NCBI GenBank assembly: GCA_963745035.1 | Contig: CAVUVW010000013.1 | Location: 800,001 to 864,000 of the forward strand | Length of the DNA: 64,000 nt | From: an uncultured delta proteobacterium | GTDB lineage: Bacteria; Desulfobacterota; Binatia; UBA9968 | Reading direction: 5' to 3' | Shown: positions 9,176-24,300 of the stretch, one piece after another | Numbering within the stretch: position 1 is the first letter of the stretch | Layout of the letters: every line of letters starts with the position of its first letter | Position numbers and translations under genes: made by a program | Notes under the pieces: model-generated | What the model was told of the DNA's origin: nothing | Seen by the model: only the letters and a program-made list of their open reading frames with translations | Databases searched by the model: none

Positions 9176-10432
9176 TTACGTCAGGTGCCTACCCGGCGCG
9201 GCGTTCCAGGGTTTGACCAGCAACGCGGTGAGCAGCGCGCCGAGCAGGAGCAGGCCGCTGATTCCCCACAGGGTCGCGATGTAGCTTTGGCTCTGGTCGT
9301 ACAGAGCGCCGGCGATGACCGGTCCAATGACGCCGCCCCACGTGTAGAAAAAGGCCATGGTGCCGCGGATGGTGGCGAAGTATTTGCGTCCGAAGAAGTC
9401 GCCTATGGTCGCCCAAACGATGGGAAACGACGCGTCTATCGCGGTGAAAAGAATGGTAAACGACCAGAGCGCCCAAAGCGCATCGCTGCGAATGAGCAGA
9501 ACCACGGAAAACATGGCGGCGAGCATGCACGCCGCCAAGAGCTTGGGCCGGTTGACAGCGTCGGCGATCGGGCCGACGACGTAGTGCGCGGCCCAATTGA
9601 GAAAAGCAAAAGCGCCGAGCAAAAAGGCGGCGTGCTCCTGGCTCAAGCCCTTCCATACCATGATCGGTATGAAGTGCACGCTGATCGTGCTGTAGGCGGC
9701 GACGCGCACCGTCATGCCGATGACGAAGAGCCAGAAGACCATCGTTTTCATGGCTTCGCGCAACGTTGGATCGGTATCGGCCGATTTTTTGGGTGATCCG
9801 TTTTTTCCGCTGTCGCCATGCGCCGATGATTGTCGCGGCGCGTCACCGTCCGGCAACAGGCCCATGCTTTCCGGCGACGACCGCACGCCCAGCGCCAGTG
9901 GTATCCCCAGACAGAGGAAAAGCGTACCGGCAAGAATCGCGCCCCAACGCCATCCCCAGCTTTGCACCGCAATGGCGAGAAGCGGTGTAAGCAGCGCGCC
10001 GCCGATCGGCACGGCTGAGCTGATCACCGTCATGGCGCGAGCGCGGTAGCGGATGAACCATGTGTTTCCCACGGCCATCGAGGCGTGAACAAAGCCGGGC
10101 GTAAACGAAAGAGAGATGACGCCCAAATACACGATCAAAAAAGTCGTGTAGCTGTCGACCCAGGCGAGCAGGATATAGCCGGCGCCACACATGACCGTGG
10201 CGAGGAGCAGCATGGGCCGCGGACCGAAGCGGTCGATGAGATAGCCGACGAAGGGACCTTCGAGAGCGCCTTCGGCACGCGCCAGAGAGAAAGCCAGGGA
10301 CGTAGCCGCGCGGCTGAGACCTAGATCGTGGCTGAGCGGCAGAAAAAAAACCGTGAAGCCGTAGTTGTGCAGCCCGCCGCCGAGAACGCGCAGGGCGGTC
10401 ACCAGGCCGACCATGCGCCAGCCGTAAAACAT
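9176..10432 (-). CDS. Major facilitator superfamily transporter
   Basis: MFYGWRMV start, about 12 hydrophobic segments, GYLIDRFGPR motif A, DFFGRKYFATIRG. Confidence 0.93.
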   Translation of the reverse strand: MFYGWRMVGLVTALRVLGGGLHNYGFTVFFLPLSHDLGLSRAATSLAFSLARAEGALEGPFVGYLIDRFGPRPMLLLATVMCGAGYILLAWVDSYTTFLIVYLGVISLSFTPGFVHASMAVGNTWFIRYRARAMTVISSAVPIGGALLTPLLAIAVQSWGWRWGAILAGTLFLCLGIPLALGVRSSPESMGLLPDGDAPRQSSAHGDSGKNGSPKKSADTDPTLREAMKTMVFWLFVIGMTVRVAAYSTISVHFIPIMVWKGLSQEHAAFLLGAFAFLNWAAHYVVGPIADAVNRPKLLAACMLAAMFSVVLLIRSDALWALWSFTILFTAIDASFPIVWATIGDFFGRKYFATIRGTMAFFYTWGGVIGPVIAGALYDQSQSYIATLWGISGLLLLGALLTALLVKPWNAAPGRHLT

Positions 10433-10574
10433 TCGGGAGAATACTCGACGTGGAAATTCCAGTGATGCGCCTCGAAGCTGCTTTCTTCTCCCTCGGTTTT
10501 CCCAGAACGAGGCGGTGAAAACAACAAGTGAAGGTAAGATTGCGGTTTGGTCTCTAAGGAATCGCTGCCGGAAG

Positions 10575-10720
10575 CTGTCACCCCGGATCCTTTTATCGTG
10601 GGCTGAGTTCCGGACTCGCCTGTGGTGAGCCTGGTCGAACCACCGCTAAAGCATGCGGCAATGACGGAAAGAGAATTCATTATCGCGCAGCAAGCGGCGC
10701 GGAATCCGCAGCGATTAAAG
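10575..10720. repeat. Degenerate second copy of the 7321-7478 composite REP/MITE
   Basis: GTCACCCCGGATCCTTTTATCG...TTCCGGACTCGCCTGTGGTGAGCCTGGTCGAACCACCGCTAAAGCATGCGGCAATGACGG...CGCAGCAAGCGGCGCGGAATCCGCAGCGATT is colinear with 7321-7475. Confidence 0.75.
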
Positions 10721-10725
10721 TAGCT

Positions 10726-12147
10726 TCATTCCTTGAATGCGCCGCCCTTCAGCGCGTATTTGCGCACCAGGCGCTGCAGGGTGCGCCGGTCCTTGCCGGC
10801 GGCTTTGGCGGCTTGCGTGATGTTGCCTTGATGCCGGGCCAGCAGGTTGGCGACGTAATTGCGCTCAAACTCGCCGATCACGAAGGATTTGGCCCGGCGC
10901 AGGGTTTCATGGCGCAGCAGATCCTTCGATCTGCCGTCGGGCAGCTCAATATCGGCGGCGTGGACCACCCCGGTGCCGTTGAGCAGGATGGCTCGTTGAA
11001 TCACGCCTTCAAGCTCGCGCACGTTGCCGGGCCAGGAATAATTGATAAGCTTCCCGCGCGCCGCTTCGGACAGGCGCGGCCGTTCGCAGTTATGCCGGCT
11101 CGCGTGCAAATCCAAGAAGTGTTCCGCCAGGCTCACCACGTCGGCGCCGCGCTCGCGCAGCGCCGGCAAAGCCACGGAGAGCACGTTCAATCGATAAAAC
11201 AGGTCCTCGCGAAATTGTTTGACCTCCACCTTGGCGCGAAGGTCGGTATTGCTCGCCGCGATCACCCGCACATTGGCGAGCATCGCCCGGGCCGAGCCGA
11301 GCGGGCGGTATTCTCCGTTCTGCAGGAAACGCAGCAATTTGACCTGGGCGGGCTGGCTCAAGGCGTCGATCTCGTCGAGAAACAGTGTCCCCTCTTCGGC
11401 CTCGGCGATGAGCCCCTTTTCCGCCGAGGACGCGTCCGTAAACGCTCCCTTGACGTGGCCGAACAGCTCGTTTTCAAAGAGGTGGTCGGGCAGAGCGCCG
11501 CAATTGACGGGGATGAACGGCTTGGCGCGCCGGACGCCCTGGTAGTGGATCGCCCGCGCGATCAGCTCCTTGCCGCTGCCGGTTTCACCGGAGATCAACA
11601 CCGGAGCGTCCGCCCGCGCAACGCTGGCGGCCTTGCGCGCTACTTCGAGAAATGCCGGGCTCCGCCCGACCATCGGCAGCGCCGTTAAAAATTCTTCCGT
11701 TTGCCGGTTTTCATCCACATTTCTCAACCGCGCCCGATCGTGAAGTCGCCGGCTGCGCAGCGCAAGCTCCGGCTCGCTCGCCGGGCAATACAGAAAATCA
11801 TCCGCCGATTCTACGAGCGCTCGCAAGCCGGGAGAAGCGTGGGTGGGCGCGAGGCACAGCACCAGCAAGATTGGCGTGTCATTCCAGCGCGCCTTGCAGC
11901 GGGCAATGATTTGCTCACCGTCTGCCTCGCCGGATGCTCGGATCAAAATGATATCGGGCGCGAGACCGACGGCGGCACCAGCGCGGCCGGCCGGTTCCGA
12001 AAGACACCGGAATAGACCGTCCCGCGCCAGCAATGCCGCGGGCGAGAGACAATGCCGCTCACCGCACGGCGCCGCGCTTCGATCTAAGATCAACGCGGTG
12101 GCCATCACCATCCAAGCTCCGCGCGCGACGACGTTCGCGCGCGCCAT
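10726..12147 (-). CDS. Sigma-54-dependent enhancer-binding protein with a degenerate receiver-like N-terminus
   Basis: [61 protein letters not shown] and a Fis HTH (GNITQAAKAAG). Exact start uncertain. Confidence 0.92.
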   Translation of the reverse strand: MARANVVARGAWMVMATALILDRSAAPCGERHCLSPAALLARDGLFRCLSEPAGRAGAAVGLAPDIILIRASGEADGEQIIARCKARWNDTPILLVLCLAPTHASPGLRALVESADDFLYCPASEPELALRSRRLHDRARLRNVDENRQTEEFLTALPMVGRSPAFLEVARKAASVARADAPVLISGETGSGKELIARAIHYQGVRRAKPFIPVNCGALPDHLFENELFGHVKGAFTDASSAEKGLIAEAEEGTLFLDEIDALSQPAQVKLLRFLQNGEYRPLGSARAMLANVRVIAASNTDLRAKVEVKQFREDLFYRLNVLSVALPALRERGADVVSLAEHFLDLHASRHNCERPRLSEAARGKLINYSWPGNVRELEGVIQRAILLNGTGVVHAADIELPDGRSKDLLRHETLRRAKSFVIGEFERNYVANLLARHQGNITQAAKAAGKDRRTLQRLVRKYALKGGAFKE

Positions 12148-12289
12148 AAAACCACAACAAGCGTTTTAAATTTTCCGATGATCATCGTAAAACGTCACGG
12201 CTGCATTTGGAATGGTTGGCGCGCCTCGACGAGTATTTTTTCTTTCCGGCTTCCCGGTTTGTCCGGTCCGATCGTCGAGCGGATTAAAA

Positions 12290-12306
12290 AGCAACCGATA
12301 TGCCAG
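12290..12306 (-). promoter_or_regulatory. Sigma-54 (-24/-12) promoter facing the 10726..12147 activator
   Basis: Minus strand reads CTGGCATATCGGTTGCT, with GG-N10-GC spacing matching the TGGCAC-N5-TTGC consensus. Confidence 0.75.
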
Positions 12307-12805
12307 CTCGCGCGCGTGGTCGTCGTGAAATTTCGTTGCGATAAGTCCGCCAAACTGCTGCCAGTTATTGCGGCTCACACCGGCTCGTCGGAAAGCGCCC
12401 GTGAAGAAGATAACGGAACTGAAAAGAGCCAACTGCAACGAATACAAAATTGTCGGCGCGCGGTACGCGCCCGTTTCCGTCCGCGCCGAGTCAACGGCCG
12501 TCAAGACGCCCGCGGCGCGACCTTAAAATTTTATAACGGCGATAAATTTTTGCGGGAGCGGCAATTATTTTCGCGCCGTGAGACTATTTCCGCGAGCCAG
12601 AGGAACGCGCAAAAGATCTTTCGTGCCCGGATCAATCCCGGCCGTGCTTTGATCTCATTCGGGGCAGAGTCTGGAGGCCGCGACCGAGCGGCCGTTGTCC
12701 GTGTAACCCACCCGTTGGAAATCTTGCTGCGTTTCGCCGTCAACGCGGTTAACACCGCGCAACTTTCGTTGACAGATTTTCGCTGATTGTGTTAGGCAAT
12801 AACGC

Positions 12806-14368
12806 GTGACTTTGGATTCTGATCAAGCCGCCGCATCGGACAACGGCGCCGCCAACCAGCATGTCGAACGACTCCGAGCCGTTTTGAACATTTGCCGGCG
12901 TATGAGCTCGATGGCGGACCTGGCTTCGATCCACGCGCTGATCACCCGTGAAGCTAAAGAATTGCTGCGGGCAGACCGGGTAAGCATCTTTCTTTTCGAC
13001 CGCGAGAACTGCGAGCTTTGGTCGGCGATCTCCCAGGAAGGTCGGACCATGCGCTTCGACGCGCGTCTGGGAATCGCCGGGGCGGTGGCGATGAGCGGCC
13101 AGACCATCAACGTCGCCGACGCTTACGAGCACCCGCTGTTCTATAAAGAGGTCGATGCCGAAACCGCCCACCGCACCGAGACCCTGCTCGCCGTGCCGCT
13201 CCACAATCTCGAAGGCGCCGTGATCGGCGTCGGCGAAGCCACCAATAAACTCGACGGCGGTTTTACCGACCATGACGCTGAAATCCTCGCAACCCTGGCC
13301 GCTCACCTTGCGGATCTCTTGGAAAATTCGCCGCTCGGCACGGAAATCAAGAACCGGGCGCTCGATCGGGCGCGGCCTGATGATGGCGCAGCCGACGCAA
13401 GCCAGGGCTTCTCCACGCAAAACATCGTCGGCATGAGCGATCGCACGCGCTCCATCATTCGGCTCATCGATCAAATCCGGCCCACCTCGGTCGACGTGCT
13501 TATTCAAGGAGAAAGCGGCACGGGCAAGGAATTGATCGCCAAAGCGCTCCATTTCAACAGCCCCCGAGCGCGGCAGCCGTTTATCGCGGTCAATTGCGCG
13601 GCGCTGCCGGACAATCTGCTCGAGAGCGAGCTGTTCGGCATTGAAAAGGGCGTCGCCACCGGCGTGGACCGGCGCATCGGCAAATTCGAAGCCGCCCAGG
13701 GCGGCACCTTGTTTCTCGACGAGATCGGCGATCTCAGCCTTGCCGCCCAGGCAAAAATTCTCCGTGTAGTTCAGGAGCGCGCGGTCGATCGCGTCGGCGC
13801 GCGAACCTCGGTGCCGATCGACGTGCGCATCATCGCCGCGACCAATCGCAACCTCGAGACCTGCATCGAGGAGAAACAGTTCCGCAGTGACTTATACTTC
13901 CGGTTGAGCGTGGTTCGCGTACAGACTCCGTCCCTGCGCGACAATCCCGCGGATATTCCCGCCCTCGCCCACCATTTTTTACAGAAGCACTGCGCGGCAA
14001 TGGGACTGGAAGCCAAACACCTTACCCCGGGCGCCGTCGAGCGGATGTCAGCCTATGACTGGCCCGGCAACGCGCGGCAGTTGGAAAACGAAATCAAACG
14101 GCTGGTGGCATCGGTGCGCGGCAAGACGATTGCCGAAGACCATCTGGGGATTCCGCGGCATCGGCCCACCCCGGCGCCGCAGCCGCCGGAAGAACAACCG
14201 CGGCCCGCAAAGTCGCTCGCCGAAGCCGTCGAAGCGCTTGAACGGCGGATGATTCAAGATGCGCTCACCGCCTCCGCCGGCAACCGTCTTAAGGCCGCGC
14301 GAGCGCTCGGGCTCAGCCGTCAAGGACTGTTCAAAAAGCTAAAAAAATTAAGCCTGCCAGGGCTCTGA
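12806..14368 (+). CDS. GAF-domain sigma-54-dependent enhancer-binding protein
   Basis: N-terminal GAF (GIAGAVAMSGQTINVADAYEHPLF...NKLDGGFTDHD); AAA domain [41 protein letters not shown]; C-terminal HTH. Confidence 0.93.
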   Translation: MTLDSDQAAASDNGAANQHVERLRAVLNICRRMSSMADLASIHALITREAKELLRADRVSIFLFDRENCELWSAISQEGRTMRFDARLGIAGAVAMSGQTINVADAYEHPLFYKEVDAETAHRTETLLAVPLHNLEGAVIGVGEATNKLDGGFTDHDAEILATLAAHLADLLENSPLGTEIKNRALDRARPDDGAADASQGFSTQNIVGMSDRTRSIIRLIDQIRPTSVDVLIQGESGTGKELIAKALHFNSPRARQPFIAVNCAALPDNLLESELFGIEKGVATGVDRRIGKFEAAQGGTLFLDEIGDLSLAAQAKILRVVQERAVDRVGARTSVPIDVRIIAATNRNLETCIEEKQFRSDLYFRLSVVRVQTPSLRDNPADIPALAHHFLQKHCAAMGLEAKHLTPGAVERMSAYDWPGNARQLENEIKRLVASVRGKTIAEDHLGIPRHRPTPAPQPPEEQPRPAKSLAEAVEALERRMIQDALTASAGNRLKAARALGLSRQGLFKKLKKLSLPGL

Positions 14369-14437
14369 TCTCAAGAGCCTCGTCAAAGCAACGACGCGCT
14401 GGTTTTTAATCTAGGGATAGCATGCCGGCTCACGCCG

Positions 14438-14668
14438 TCACTTCATTTTATTGAAGATGTCTTTTACCGCCCGCTGCAGCAGCGGATTGCGAATGATCAC
14501 TTTGGAGACCGCGGTGCGCACCTTGGCCTCGTTGCCCTTGGCCTTGGAAACCTTCTTTTGCGCATTCAAAGCCGCCTGCAAGTCCTTGTTCTCCTTGATC
14601 AGCGCGCGAATCGCCTTGCGGATTTTCGCCGCCTTCGCTTCGGATAGTTTTGGTCCGCTCTTTCCCAT
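14438..14668 (-). CDS. 76-aa Lys-rich small protein with an internal two-fold repeat
   Basis: GGGAGG RBS 8 nt before the ATG, 51 nt after the hydrolase stop, same strand as the NRPS genes; 16 Lys; repeat AK[IV]RxA[IV]xx[LV]IxxNxxLQxA occurs twice. Confidence 0.75.
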   Translation of the reverse strand: MGKSGPKLSEAKAAKIRKAIRALIKENKDLQAALNAQKKVSKAKGNEAKVRTAVSKVIIRNPLLQRAVKDIFNKMK

Positions 14669-14719
14669 ACGTCCTTCCTCCCTTTTTGGTTGAGTTTTCT
14701 GAAGTGGGCCGATTTTTCC

Positions 14720-16492
14720 TCAAGAAGATTTTTTGCAATGCGCGCGCAGGTTGGGGTCGCGGCTGCGGTCGGCGGCTTTGAGCTTTTTGAGCTTGGCCCG
14801 GACCTGCGGATCGCCGCGAAAGCGCGCCGGGTCCGTTGCCAGCCTCGCGAAATCCTCCAGCAGGCTTGCAAAGCTCTTGCTCCAAATCGAGGGATCCGAG
14901 CCTTCGTAGAGGTTGCCGACGCTGAGATCATGTCCCAAGCCGCGGAATTCGAGGAACACGCGGCGGCCGTCTTTGGTGCCGTCGGCGAAAAAATCCTCGG
15001 CCTGGCAGCCTGCGATGATCGCGTCGCGGCTTCCCTTCACGAAAAGCGTTGGCACCTCGTGCCGATGATCCGCGGGATTCCACGGGCAGATCACTTCGCC
15101 GACGGCGACGCCGATCTTTTTCGCCTGCTCCCGCCCAAAGCGCTTGTCATCGCTCGAAGCCGCGGCGAATTTCTCCATAGCTTCGGCGGCAAAGCAGCCT
15201 TTTTCGCCCATCATAACGGTAATCCAGCGAGCCACGCCGTCGTAAACTCCGTAGACGTAGTTGCCGCGCTGCGATTCGCCGCCGCCGATGCGCGCGGCCA
15301 TCTCCTCCCGGGCCGCCTTGAGCCTCTCGCAGTGCTCGCAATCGGCCGCGGCGCCGCTAAAAAGCTCGTCTTTCGCGCTGCACCGTTTCGGATCTTCGGC
15401 GGTCAAGGCATGGGCGACCAGCAGCGCGGCGTTGATCCGGTTGCGGCTATCGGCAACGAATACCAGCCCGTCTTTCTCCGGCGCGCCGGACATCTGAAGA
15501 AAGCGCAGCGCCATGAAGAATTCCACCGGAAACTTGCCGAAACGGTTTTGAAAGCCCGCGTCTTTCTTTAAGGCGGTGAAATGATCGATCACGAAATCGG
15601 CCGAGCCGTAGTTCTCGTCGATCTCGGGGATGATCTGCTCGAGCTTCTTGACGATGGTATCGGCCGTCGCGCTTTGCAGAAAACAGAAGTTGTCGCTCGC
15701 GCCGAGTCGATTATCAAAAATCGTGATTTGCGGATCGCTGAAATCCGTGACCAGCGGCTTCAAGAAATCCGCCGAAGCGCATTGGCAGTTGGCGGCGCCT
15801 TGGGAGCGGTAATATTGAAATATCGCCTTCAGATTATCGAGAGTTGCGCGCGTGCGCGCGAGGTGGGTATCGGCCCGGCGCCGGTCCACCGGCGCGGAAA
15901 GAACCAGGCTCTTCACCTTTGGAGCGGCGTCGTTCGGCGCGCCGTACTTCGCCGCGTAGCGCTGCGCGATCACGGTGCCCCAACTGTGCGCGTAGATCAT
16001 ATCCCAAGGCCGCGACTGGAGCACCGTCTGGCGCAATTTCTCGAGGTCCTCCACGACGTAGCCGGCGCGCAGAAATCGGTCGTATTCCCTGGCGCCGTCG
16101 ATCGCGCTTTGCGCCATGCCGCGCGGATGAAAGTAGACGACGTTGTGCTTCTTTTCCAGCAGCCGCAGCGTCGCCGATCGGCGCGCCGGGTCGACGATCG
16201 CTCCCGGTCCGCCGGGAATATAAAGGACGTTGCGCCGCTGCTTTTTGCTCGGATCGAAGCCGTTGCCGAGGAAGTACGCGAGCCGAAACTCGCAAGCCGC
16301 CGGCTTCTCGTCGCAGGGAAAATCGCCGGGAAAGACCTGGCCCTCCGGCAGCAGCCGCAGCGAAAGCCGCTCTCCTTCCGCGTCGCCCGGCTCGCCCATT
16401 TCTTTTGGCGACCATCCGTCGCTCGCGCTCCAAACGGCCGGCGCCGCCGCAAAAAACAATACGAATAAAAAAATCATCCAAGCGTGCGGCAT
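14720..16492 (-). CDS. Secreted alpha/beta-hydrolase, peptidase S33/TAP-like
   Basis: Signal peptide (WMIFLFVLFFAAAPAVWSA); YIPGGPG oxyanion motif, PRGMAQS, AHSWGT nucleophile elbow, GSRD acid, GLGHD histidine; several Cys pairs. Confidence 0.8.
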   Translation of the reverse strand: MPHAWMIFLFVLFFAAAPAVWSASDGWSPKEMGEPGDAEGERLSLRLLPEGQVFPGDFPCDEKPAACEFRLAYFLGNGFDPSKKQRRNVLYIPGGPGAIVDPARRSATLRLLEKKHNVVYFHPRGMAQSAIDGAREYDRFLRAGYVVEDLEKLRQTVLQSRPWDMIYAHSWGTVIAQRYAAKYGAPNDAAPKVKSLVLSAPVDRRRADTHLARTRATLDNLKAIFQYYRSQGAANCQCASADFLKPLVTDFSDPQITIFDNRLGASDNFCFLQSATADTIVKKLEQIIPEIDENYGSADFVIDHFTALKKDAGFQNRFGKFPVEFFMALRFLQMSGAPEKDGLVFVADSRNRINAALLVAHALTAEDPKRCSAKDELFSGAAADCEHCERLKAAREEMAARIGGGESQRGNYVYGVYDGVARWITVMMGEKGCFAAEAMEKFAAASSDDKRFGREQAKKIGVAVGEVICPWNPADHRHEVPTLFVKGSRDAIIAGCQAEDFFADGTKDGRRVFLEFRGLGHDLSVGNLYEGSDPSIWSKSFASLLEDFARLATDPARFRGDPQVRAKLKKLKAADRSRDPNLRAHCKKSS

Positions 16493-16508
16493 ATTCTTGC
16501 GCCGAGGC

Positions 16509-21301
<4,793 letters not shown>

Positions 21302-21305
<4 letters not shown>

Positions 21306-24300
21306 AGCTCGATCTCCTCGCGCGCGGCGGGTTGCGCTTGCAAACCGCCCGCGCCGTTGCTCGCTTCCATCCGCAGGCAAATCTCAGCTACCGTCGGGGC
21401 TTCGAGAAACGCGCGCAAATCCAGTTTCACCCCGAAGGTTTCGCGCAGCCGCGCCGCCGCCTTGGCGGCAAGCAGCGAGTGTCCGCCGAGGGCAAAAAAA
21501 TTGTCCGCTCTGCCGACGCGTTCGAGCCGCAGCACTTCGGCGAACACTCGCTCCACCGCGCGCTCCTTGGCGCTTTTCGCCGCCTCGAAGGAGAGCGCGC
21601 TCGGCGGCGGAATGCGCTCGGCTCGCCGCAAAGCGGCGTAGTCGATCTTGCCGCTCGGATTGAGCGGCATGCGCTCGATGAAGTGAATGGCGGAGGGAAT
21701 CATATAGCCGGGCAAACGGGCGTTTAAATAGTCGCGCAGCACGCCGGCGTCCGGCGCGCCGCCCGGTGCGCTTTCTACGTAGGCGATCAGGCGCGTCTCG
21801 CCGCCCCATTGCTCGTCCGCGACTGCGCCGACCGCCGCCGCCGAGCGCACGCCTGGGCATCGACCGAGCGCGCGCTCGACCTCGGCGAGCTCGACGCGAA
21901 AACCGCGGATGCTGGCGCGCCGCTCGTTTCGCCCGAGCCATTCGACCTTGCCGTCGGGCAAATAGCGGCCGAGCTCGCCCGTGCGATAGAGCCGGTCGCG
22001 CCGAGCGCCGGTGAACGGATTGACGATAAAATTGTTTTCGCTGAGCGCGCTGTCGCCGACGTAGCCGGCCGCGAGATGCGGGCTGCGCACGTAGAGCTCG
22101 CCCATTTCACCGATGCCGGCCAAGTGTCGTTCGGCATTCAAGATCAAGAGCTGGACGCCCGGCGCGCCTTTGCCGATCGGAAAGACTTCGCGCGCCGGAG
22201 CGCCGGGTCCGCGGCGCGGATCGTCGATCATCGAAAAGCCCACCGCCCGCTGCGTCTCGGTGGCGCCGTAAAAACTCGCGATCTTCGCGTTGGGCGCCTG
22301 CTCCAGCAACTCAGTCACATCGCCGCGCAGCAAACGATCACCGCCGAAGAACACGCGGCGCAGCGCGGGAAGATGGATGTCACGCGCGGTTTGTAAAAAT
22401 CGCCCGAGCGCCGGCGTGAGATGGAGAATGGAAATTTTATTGCGCGCGAGCCAGCGCGCCAGACGCCGGGCGTCCTGTAAATCTTGCGCCGCCGGCACGT
22501 GCAGCGTGGCGCCCAGCGCGAGCGCGGTAAAGAGATCGCGATGCAGGTGATTGTAACCGAGCCCCGACAAAAGCGCGTAGCGATCGCCGCTGCCGAGGTC
22601 AAAGGTCTCGCGCTGCCAGGGCAAAAAATGAGTGATCGGCCCATGCCGGCCGAGCACGCCTTTCGGCTCACCGGTCGAACCCGACGTGAACGCGATGTAG
22701 GCGGGATCGCCTGCGGCTAACGTCGCCGTCCGCGCGCGTGCACGCGCGGCGCCGAGCAGCCGCGCGATGGCGCGGCGCGCGCGCGGCAAAGTCATCCGCA
22801 ACTTGACCTGCTCCCCGTGCAAATACGCTTCGATCTCCGCCGGCGGCGCCCCGGCGTCTTGCATCTGCAAGAAGCCCGCCGGCCGCGCCAGTCGAAGATA
22901 TTCCACCAACCGGGCCGGCGGATAGGATGGATCGAGAATGACAAAGACTGCGCCGGCTCTGAGCGCGCCGAGCAGCGCCGGCGCCAACGAAGCGTCTCGA
23001 TGCGCGTAGATCGCCACCACGTCTTTCGCCCGGATGCCGGCCGCACGAAACCGATTCGCGAGTTGCGCACCGGCCCGCTCAAGCTCCCGGTACGACCAGC
23101 TTTCGCGCTCGTCGACGACCGCCGGTTTTCGCGGCTGCTCTCTTGCGCGGCGCGCGAGCCACACATGGACCGGTCCGCGCCAGCGGTCATCGAGCGGCGC
23201 GGCGGGATCGGGCAGCACGGCGGCGGCGGATTCTGAAACAAGCGAGAATTGATCGAGTCGCTGCCCGGGATCATCGGCAACCTGTGTGAGCAAATGATCC
23301 CATTGCGCCAGCATCGACTGAGCCCTAGTTTCGGCAAAGAGATCGGCATTGTAAGTCAACGTAAGCTCGATCGCGCCGTCGATCTCGCCGGCGCCCGCCA
23401 CCAGATCGAACTTCGCGCCGAAGACGTCGCGGTTGAGCCTGGTGGTCGCGCAGCCGGACAAGCGCAGCTCGCGGTCGGCGATCGCCGCCATGTTGAAAAG
23501 CACTTGAAAGACCGGATGGCGGCGCGGATCTCGCTCGGGCCCAAGCTCCTCGACGACGAGCTCGAAGGGCGCGTCTTGGTGCGTGTACGCTTCCAGGCAG
23601 ACTTCGCGCACGCGGCGCAGCAGCTCGACGAAGCGCGGATTGCCCGACAAGTCAGTGCGGAGCGCCAGCGCGTTGATGAAGAAGCCGACCAAGCCGTCGA
23701 GCTCGGAACGATCGCGTCCGGCGACCGTCGAACCGACGACAATATCGTTTTCGCCGGACAGGCGCGCCAACAGGAGCTTGAGCGCCGCGAGGAGAATCAT
23801 GAACAGCGTCGCCTGCTCACTGCGCGCCAGCCGTTTCAACTTCTCGCTCAGAGTGCCGGACAACCGCCGGCTCACCCTGCCGCCGTGATCGGTCTGGACC
23901 GCGGAACGCTCGCCGTCCATCGGCAAATCCATCGGCGCGAGCCTGCCGCCCAGTTGCCTCCGCCAGTAGGCGAGCTGCGGCGCCAACCGCCCTTCATGCA
24001 AAGCGCGCTGCTGCCAAAGGGCATAATCCGCATATCGAACCGAAGGGCGCCGGCAGCAGCGGCTCTTGCCCGCGCAAATACCCTTCGTAGAGCGCGGCCA
24101 ATTCGCCGTAGAACACCGCCAACGAGGATCCGTCGCAGATCATGTGGTGGAAATTCATCAGCAAGACGTGATCGTCATCGGCCAGGCGGAGAATCTGGGC
24201 GCGCATGAGCGGGGCGGCGCCGAGATCATAGGGCAGTTCCGCATCTTCGTTCCCCAGGCGCGCGATCTCGCGCTCCGCCTGCGCCGCCGGCATGCCGGTC

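Noticed and set aside
7261-10720. Repeated palindromes as a CRISPR array
   Set aside because: No regular repeat-spacer period and no cas genes.
12166-12786. ORFs in the spacer between the sigma-54 activators
   Set aside because: No RBS or motifs and atypical composition; better explained as regulatory DNA.
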